DNA of 32,000 nucleotides from Promethearchaeota archaeon. GTDB lineage: Archaea; Asgardarchaeota; Lokiarchaeia; Sigyniarchaeales; SOKP01. Location of the stretch: positions 810,001 to 842,000 of the forward strand of contig JAUWGH010000001.1 in NCBI GenBank assembly GCA_030606485.1. The letters are read 5' to 3'. Position numbers and translations under genes: made by a program. Under the pieces are notes generated by a model, which was not told the origin of the DNA, made no database searches, and was given only the letters and a program-made list of their open reading frames with translations. Positions within the stretch are counted from its first letter, which is position 1; every line of letters starts with the position of its first letter. Shown in pieces: positions 26,416 through 32,000 of this stretch.

Positions 26416-26631
26416 TTTTTAATTCAACTTCTTGATTAAAACATTTATTTCAAAAAGTTCAAGTTAAATTATTTTTTAGTGTTTTTAAGCTTTTTAGTTG
26501 CTTTGAAATTGACTTATTATTTTAATCATTAAATTGAGTTTGTACATATCCCAGAGTTAAGTTCTTATCATCTTTTTTTGGTCTTTCTTCTAATTAGAAT
26601 TAAAGATTTATAAGTTAGAAAAATTAAAGTT

Positions 26632-28302
26632 TTAAATTTTATAAATCGCACCGTATTTTGCGGAGGAAACGATTTTAGAATAAATACTTAAATATCCAAT
26701 ATCTATTTTTTGTTTAGGTTGCTTCCATTGACTTAGTCTTTCTTTTATCTCATCATCAGATAGTTTTATTTCCAACTTTCTATTAGGAATATCGATATTT
26801 ATCATATCATTCTCTTGAACGATAGTAATAGGTCCGCCCTCATATGCTTCAGGACATACATGACCTATACACGGACCACGCGTAGCACCAGAATATCTCC
26901 CATCTGTAATCATAGCGACTGAATCTCCTAAGCCCATTCCAACGAGAACGGCGGCTGGAATAGATAACTCTCGCATACCAGGAGAACCTTTCGGACCCTC
27001 ATATCGAATTATTAAAACATCCCCTTTTTCAATCTTTTTAGAAAATAAAGCATCTCTTAAATCTTCTTCGCATTCAAATACTTTGGCTGGACCTTTATGT
27101 TGGAGCATTTCAGGATTTACCGCACTTATTTTTACTACTGCTCCTTCGGGTGCCAAATTTCCTTTTAGTATCGCAATCCCTCCTTCGTTTGCGAGTGGGT
27201 TTTCTAATGGTCTAATAATTTCGTTTTCAATAATTTTTACTTGTTCTAAAGATTCTTTTAATGTTAGATTCAAAATATTTTTTGTATTGAGATTTAATTT
27301 GGGACTCAATTTCTTAATTATTGACATAACACCACCAGCCTTATGAAAATCTGTAATGTTATAATTTGAAGCCGGTTTAAATTTCGCTAAAAGAGGAACT
27401 GATCTGCTTAAGGTTTCAAAATCATCATGAGTTAGTTTCCCTCCAATCTCATGCGATAAAGCACACATATGCAAGATCATATTTGTTGAGCCGCCAAATG
27501 ATAGTGCGACCTTACATGCATTCTTAATTGATTCAGCATTTATTAAATCCCGTGCAATAATCCCATTTTTTATTAAGTCCATTACACACCGACCAGATTT
27601 AATAGCGATCTTAAATTGCTCAGGCTCATTTGCAGTAATCGTAGCAGTTCCAGGTAAAGATAAACCTAACACTTCAATAATACAAGCCATTGTAATGGCA
27701 GTTCCCATCATATTGCATGTACCTGAGGTATAACATGTCTCTTGGGTTATCATATCTAACTGTTTTTTTGTAATTTTTCCAGCACTATACATTCCAATTG
27801 CCTCTTTTATATCACATGTGACGAAAATTTTGCCCTTGAACACCCCCTCTGTAAAAGTTCGAGGTTTCATTACCCCACCCGTTAAAAACACGGTCGGGAT
27901 ATTACATCTTGCAGCAGCCATCAACATCCCAGGAATAATTTTATCACAAGAGCATATCATTACCATTCCATCAAAATTATGAGCTTTTATAACGCATTCA
28001 ACTGAAGAGGCAATAAGTTCTCGAGATGGTAGAATATATTTTGAGAAATTACCGCTGTTGGCAATACCATCACATGGAGCAATTGTATTAATTTCCATTG
28101 GAGTGCCGCCTGCATCTGCAACTCCCATTTTAACATATTTACTAAGTTCTCTTAAATGAATATGACCAGGATTTATTTCAGTCCATGAATTTACTATTGC
28201 AACTCTAGGTTTTTCAAGATCTTCATCTGAATACCCGCATGCATGATATAAAGCTCTCTCATATAGTCTGGAAATATCGGCTTTTTCATTCTCTTTACTC
28301 AT
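26632..28302 (-). CDS. ilvD: IlvD/Edd-family dihydroxy-acid or sugar-acid dehydratase
   Basis: [50 protein letters not shown] 28302 preferred over TTG 28317. Substrate uncertain. Confidence 0.88.
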   Translation of the reverse strand: MSKENEKADISRLYERALYHACGYSDEDLEKPRVAIVNSWTEINPGHIHLRELSKYVKMGVADAGGTPMEINTIAPCDGIANSGNFSKYILPSRELIASSVECVIKAHNFDGMVMICSCDKIIPGMLMAAARCNIPTVFLTGGVMKPRTFTEGVFKGKIFVTCDIKEAIGMYSAGKITKKQLDMITQETCYTSGTCNMMGTAITMACIIEVLGLSLPGTATITANEPEQFKIAIKSGRCVMDLIKNGIIARDLINAESIKNACKVALSFGGSTNMILHMCALSHEIGGKLTHDDFETLSRSVPLLAKFKPASNYNITDFHKAGGVMSIIKKLSPKLNLNTKNILNLTLKESLEQVKIIENEIIRPLENPLANEGGIAILKGNLAPEGAVVKISAVNPEMLQHKGPAKVFECEEDLRDALFSKKIEKGDVLIIRYEGPKGSPGMRELSIPAAVLVGMGLGDSVAMITDGRYSGATRGPCIGHVCPEAYEGGPITIVQENDMINIDIPNRKLEIKLSDDEIKERLSQWKQPKQKIDIGYLSIYSKIVSSAKYGAIYKI

Positions 28303-28413
28303 TTTAATCAATTTCAAGAATTTTTTAAATCAAAAAATAATAATTCATAAATATTTTAGAATCATTAAAATTAAAATATTATATAATAATTACAATTACT
28401 TTAAGGTTTTATT

Positions 28414-29538
28414 ATGGAAAGGTTAAAAGTTGGAATTATTGGTTGTGGTATGATTTTTGATTTAAATGTTCTTGGCTATTTGGATAATAATGATGTAGAA
28501 ATTACATGTCTTTGTGATCGAAGGCAACGGAGAATAAAAGAAAAAATAAATAAATTTAACTTAAATTCAAAGATAAAGACTTATACAGATTATAAGAAGA
28601 TGCTTGATTCTGAAAGTATTGATATATTGGAAATCCTTCTGCCTCACAATCTACATTGTGAAGTTACAGTTTATGCTGCCCAAAAAAAGTTAAAGGGCAT
28701 ATGTGTTCAAAAACCAATGGCAACTACTATTTCAGAATGCGATAAAATGATTAAGGCATGTAAAGAAAATAATATAAAATTGAAAGTTTTTGAAAATTTT
28801 ATGTTTTATCCTCCTATTCTTCGAGCAAAAAAATTGTTAAAAGAAGGAATAATCGGAGAATTAAACTCAATTCATATTAAAACCCTAGAAGGTACAAGTG
28901 GAGGATGGGAGATTCCAACTAGTACTTGGAAGTGGAGATTGGATCCAGAAAGTTGTGGAGGAGGATTGGAATGTGGCTCACCCTTTATATTTGATGATGG
29001 TTATCATAAATTTTGGCTTGCATTACATTTAATGGATGAAAAAATAGAGAAGGTCTATAGTTGGATTGATAGACATATAGATATGGATATTCCCGCATAT
29101 GTTATGTGGAAATATCGACCTCCAGAAGATTCAGAATTTATCATGCCACATTACGGGACATTAGAATTTAATTATGCTCAGGAGATGAATCTACCTAGCC
29201 CTTATTACCCAGGGGATGAATTTATTTCAATAGTTGGATCAAAAGGAATAATGTGGATCAATCAAGCAACGTCAGGCGGAAATGTGATGTCTAAATCTGA
29301 AGTTTTTCCACCTATTGTGATATTTCGAGACGGTAAAATTGAAACGATTTCAGATATGGAAAGAGATTGGAAGTATGGGTTTATTAATTCTACCAAGCAT
29401 TTTATTGAAGTTATTAAAAATAATGGAGTTCCTTTATTAACAGGAGAAGAAGGGAAGTATTGCACTCAATTTACCTTAGCCGCATTAAAATCTTCAGTGC
29501 TTGGAAAAGAAATTTGTCCAGATGAAATTACTGAATAA
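28414..29538 (+). CDS. Gfo/Idh/MocA-family NAD(P)-dependent oxidoreductase
   Basis: VGIIGCG, LLPHNLH, CVQKPM (variant of EKP), DDGYH. Confidence 0.92.
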   Translation: MERLKVGIIGCGMIFDLNVLGYLDNNDVEITCLCDRRQRRIKEKINKFNLNSKIKTYTDYKKMLDSESIDILEILLPHNLHCEVTVYAAQKKLKGICVQKPMATTISECDKMIKACKENNIKLKVFENFMFYPPILRAKKLLKEGIIGELNSIHIKTLEGTSGGWEIPTSTWKWRLDPESCGGGLECGSPFIFDDGYHKFWLALHLMDEKIEKVYSWIDRHIDMDIPAYVMWKYRPPEDSEFIMPHYGTLEFNYAQEMNLPSPYYPGDEFISIVGSKGIMWINQATSGGNVMSKSEVFPPIVIFRDGKIETISDMERDWKYGFINSTKHFIEVIKNNGVPLLTGEEGKYCTQFTLAALKSSVLGKEICPDEITE

Positions 29539-29596
29539 ATGTGTAGCAAACTAATTTAAAAAATAAAAATTTTAGAAATTTTTTCGATATTATTTT

Positions 29597-30778
29597 TTAT
29601 TCTAAAGAAAATGGAAAAGTACCACGGACTCTCCATATTGCAATTTCATCAAAACCTAATATTTCAGCTTGCGTCTTCTCTCCATTGCAAATATCCTTTA
29701 ATTTTTGCCATAAAATAGCCGATACATCTTCAATTTTTTTATTTTCTGTTATAATTTTACTGGCATCTACATCAATATTACATCCCATCCAATCACAAGT
29801 TTTTGGGTTTCCACAGATCTTTATAACCGGCGATATTAAGTTCCCCACAGGGCTGCCTCTTCCAGTTGTCATTATTATTACCTGAGCACCTGCAGCTGCC
29901 AATCCCGTCATAGATTCCACATCTAATCCAGGTTCTATCATTAACCATAATCCCTTTCCTTTTGGTTTTTCAGAATAATTTAAGATCCCTTGAATAGGTG
30001 CTTTTCCTGCCTTTGCAATTGTTCCCAACGATTTCTCCTCTATTGTACTTAGACCACCTTGAATATTACCTGGTGTGGGTTGTATTCCTCTGAAATCGAT
30101 GCCTAATTTCATAATATTTTCTAAAAAATTATTCAATGTAGATTGTATTTTCTCTGCAACTTGTTCATTATTCGCACGTTCCATCAATAAATGTTCAGTT
30201 CCGATCCATTCAGTAAATTCTGGAAGTATCGAGGTTCCACCTAATTTAACGATTTTATCTGATATAATTCCAACGGCAGGATTTGCAGTGATCCCTGATA
30301 TCGAGTCAGATCCTCCGCATTCTAAGCCTAAAACTAGATTTGAAAAATCAAACGGCTCTCGTTTAATTTCATTAGCTTCAGCTGTCATTCTTTTACCTAT
30401 TTTTATTCCTTTTTCGATGGCAGCAATTGTTCCGCCTTTTATATCCTGAACATTAAAGAATTCAACTGGTTTCTTGGACCTTTTAATCTGATTTGCTAAT
30501 AATTTGCTTGTAAGATTTTCACAACCTAACCCTACTATTACAACTCCATAAATATTAGGATTACTGGCAAGACCAACTAATGTATTAATAGTATATGTTA
30601 AATCTGGACCAAATTGACCACAACCAAGAGGATGAGTTATTGCTATGGAATTTTCTAATTTGTTTGAAATTTGTTGCGCAACATTATTAACACAAACTAC
30701 AGAAGAAAGAATAGCTACTTTATTGCGAATTCCAACCAAACCTTTTGCCCGTTGATACCCTAAAAATCCATCGCTCAT
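29597..30778 (-). CDS. uxaA: UxaA/GarD-family altronate/galactarate dehydratase, large subunit
   Basis: GYQRAKGLVGIRN, HPLGCGQ, GLGCE, ECGGSD, PTPGNIQGGLSTIEEKSLG, TTGRGSP. Confidence 0.9.
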   Translation of the reverse strand: MSDGFLGYQRAKGLVGIRNKVAILSSVVCVNNVAQQISNKLENSIAITHPLGCGQFGPDLTYTINTLVGLASNPNIYGVVIVGLGCENLTSKLLANQIKRSKKPVEFFNVQDIKGGTIAAIEKGIKIGKRMTAEANEIKREPFDFSNLVLGLECGGSDSISGITANPAVGIISDKIVKLGGTSILPEFTEWIGTEHLLMERANNEQVAEKIQSTLNNFLENIMKLGIDFRGIQPTPGNIQGGLSTIEEKSLGTIAKAGKAPIQGILNYSEKPKGKGLWLMIEPGLDVESMTGLAAAGAQVIIMTTGRGSPVGNLISPVIKICGNPKTCDWMGCNIDVDASKIITENKKIEDVSAILWQKLKDICNGEKTQAEILGFDEIAIWRVRGTFPFSLE

Positions 30779-31053
30779 TATTTTGTCTCCTCTAAATAAT
30801 GACTTTGAATATTATGAAGATGAACCCAATCTCCAGCTTTTATATCTTTAATTGCTATACCGATAATTTCGCCATATTTTATTACTTGATTTCCCTTATT
30901 TATATTTTTTAAAGCAAACTTATGACCAAATGGTATCTCTTGTTTGATTTTAATTAAATTATTGTGTATTTCTAATACCTCATCCTGAAGGATTTTATCT
31001 AGAGATGTAGCGCAATTGTCTTCAATATTTATGATAATGTATTTGTTTTTCAT
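30778..31053 (-). CDS. SAF-domain small subunit of the split UxaA-family dehydratase
   Basis: DNCAT...IPFGHKFAL...VIKYGEIIG...GDWVHLHN. TAATG stop/start overlap with the large subunit at 30776-30780. Confidence 0.92.
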   Translation of the reverse strand: MKNKYIIINIEDNCATSLDKILQDEVLEIHNNLIKIKQEIPFGHKFALKNINKGNQVIKYGEIIGIAIKDIKAGDWVHLHNIQSHYLEETK

Positions 31054-31100
31054 TTTTAATTCAGGAAAAATTTTTTTCTTTTAAAATAGACTAAGAAGTT

Positions 31101-31140
31101 TAAAAAAATAAATTAAGTTAAAAATAAGAAAAAAATAATA
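31101..31140 (-). terminator. T-rich tract on the minus strand downstream of ridA, possible terminator
   Basis: Minus strand reads TATTATTTTTTTCTTATTTTT... starting 10 bp after the ridA stop. Confidence 0.35.
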
Positions 31141-31150
31141 TATATTAAGT

Positions 31151-31528
31151 TTAAATGGTTGCTATTACATCTATTTCAATTAGCATACTTTCTAAGGGCA
31201 AATTTGAAACTTCTATAGTGGTTCTTGCAGGAAATTTTTCATCTACTCCATTTGATTCAAAAAAGCTTTTATAAGCGCTGTTCATACTTTTAAAGTCTCC
31301 CATATTTTTTAAATATACAGTGACTTTAACAATATTTGAAACACTGGCACCTGCTGCCTCTAAAATTGTTTTTATCTTTTCAAAACCAGTAGTTGTTTGT
31401 TCAGTAATATTAGTTGTTCCGGGAGATGCTCCTTGCCCTGATACAAATATCAAATTACCCACCTTTATAGCATGACTATAGGGTCCAACTTTTGGAGTTC
31501 CCGCATCTACAACTTCTTTTTCTACCAT
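31151..31528 (-). CDS. ridA: RidA/YjgF/UK114 enamine/imine deaminase
   Basis: GPYSHA, FVSGQ, VKVTVYL, catalytic Arg in FPARTTIEV, LIEID. ATG 31528 is preceded by SD-like AGTGAT. Confidence 0.92.
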   Translation of the reverse strand: MVEKEVVDAGTPKVGPYSHAIKVGNLIFVSGQGASPGTTNITEQTTTGFEKIKTILEAAGASVSNIVKVTVYLKNMGDFKSMNSAYKSFFESNGVDEKFPARTTIEVSNLPLESMLIEIDVIATI

Positions 31529-31538
31529 TTTTATCACT

Positions 31539-32000
31539 TTAATAATTTTTTCCTCGAGCTGATATTTCCCATTTATCTATTAATTTATCATCCTTTATAA
31601 CATTAAAAAAGTCATATAAATTTACAGTTGGACATACATGACCGGGGATTAGTTCTACCTTTTGACCAATTTCAAAAGAATCATCTTTACCTGCTTTAAA
31701 TTGACCATGCTCTTCAGTCAATAAGGTCATTTTTGATTTAGGATAATCTTTAAAAATGGGTTTTCCATCTACAGTTGAACATGCTTTTGAACCCATATCT
31801 AATGTGAAATTTCTCTTTCCAGTTTGATTATTAATGGTCGCTAAAATAGTAAGAGCGATTTCAAAGTTAGGAACGCATTTGCTCATATGCTCATCAAAAA
31901 AAGGATACGTTCCAGGTTGAATTTCTGTTATACCAGGATATTTTCCCGCAATCATATATGTTCCAGACCCAGATGTAGTTATATATTCAATTTTAAAATC
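31539..32000 (-). CDS. DSD1/D-threonine aldolase-family PLP enzyme (fold type III), 5'-truncated by the window edge
   Basis: Frame is open to base 32000 (DFKIEYITTSGSGTY...). Motifs TEIQPGTYPFFD, LDMGSK, LTEEHG, GHVCPTVNLYD. Confidence 0.88.
   Translation of the reverse strand, partial: DFKIEYITTSGSGTYMIAGKYPGITEIQPGTYPFFDEHMSKCVPNFEIALTILATINNQTGKRNFTLDMGSKACSTVDGKPIFKDYPKSKMTLLTEEHGQFKAGKDDSFEIGQKVELIPGHVCPTVNLYDFFNVIKDDKLIDKWEISARGKNY

Noticed and set aside
23129-28302. Branched-chain amino acid biosynthesis operon (ilvB plus ilvD)
   Set aside because: The genes are on opposite strands and separated by an unrelated gene, there is no ilvC, ilvN or leu gene, and both proteins show catabolic-type motifs.
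640-30449. Other short ORF-track entries overlapping well-supported genes (640, 3275, 6511, 7545, 9578, 17171, 17251, 19009, 19372, 23644, 24739, 25214, 25484, 25904, 27083, 29262, 29685, 30075)
   Set aside because: Antisense or alternate-frame ORFs inside genes with clear motifs; no recognisable features of their own.
29597-31053. Sulfolactate sulfo-lyase SuyAB
   Set aside because: Same two-subunit layout, but the large subunit has the Cys-containing VVC, HPLGC and GLGCE motifs of altronate/galactarate dehydratases. From recall, SuyB has DDLSN, HPYGRLQ and GIE at these positions.
1-32000. Genome-wide TGA recoding, or a selenoprotein at 18-608
   Set aside because: All long ORFs translate intact with the standard code, and TGA terminates genes at 5231 and 19201, where readthrough would run antisense into neighbours. 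A TGA at codon 3 of a signal peptide is not a plausible selenocysteine site.
1-32000. tRNA, rRNA, reverse transcriptase or integrase genes
   Set aside because: No GC-rich structured intergenic stretch and no YADD-type or tyrosine-recombinase motifs were seen in any frame I examined.

Overview
AT-rich (roughly 30% GC by eye) archaeal chromosomal window, most likely from an Asgard archaeon (Lokiarchaeia-like). This assignment is inferred from an Rpn11-like JAMM protein, a tandem roadblock/LC7 protein, coiled-coil/Pro-rich hypotheticals and a Trp-rich repeat surface protein. About 29 intact CDS are supported; no rRNA, tRNA, CRISPR array or intact transposase was seen. Left part: a TGA-interrupted surface-protein gene; JAMM - ChlI/ChlD-like AAA+/VWA - ATP-grasp; three scaffold-like proteins; a split MaoC pair; an iron-sulfur flavoprotein; an MBL hydrolase. 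Middle: a membrane-anchored 7-repeat (predicted beta-propeller) protein whose GC-rich 174-bp repeats are nearly identical in the scaffold but hypervariable at fixed loop codons, bracketed by a 23/24-bp inverted repeat. It is followed by a CrtI-like oxidoreductase, PHP histidinol phosphatase, RACo-type activator, MBL hydrolase, small Cys-rich membrane protein, Mrr-like nuclease, PAP2 phosphatase and geranylgeranyl reductase. Right part: a candidate sugar-acid/amino-sugar-acid catabolic cluster (IolD-like TPP enzyme, IlvD/Edd dehydratase, Gfo/Idh/MocA, split UxaA, RidA, DSD1-type PLP enzyme truncated by the window edge). Most notable: the apparently diversifying propeller cassette, an unnamed ~75-aa C-terminal domain shared by two otherwise unrelated proteins, and the TGA-interrupted gene.
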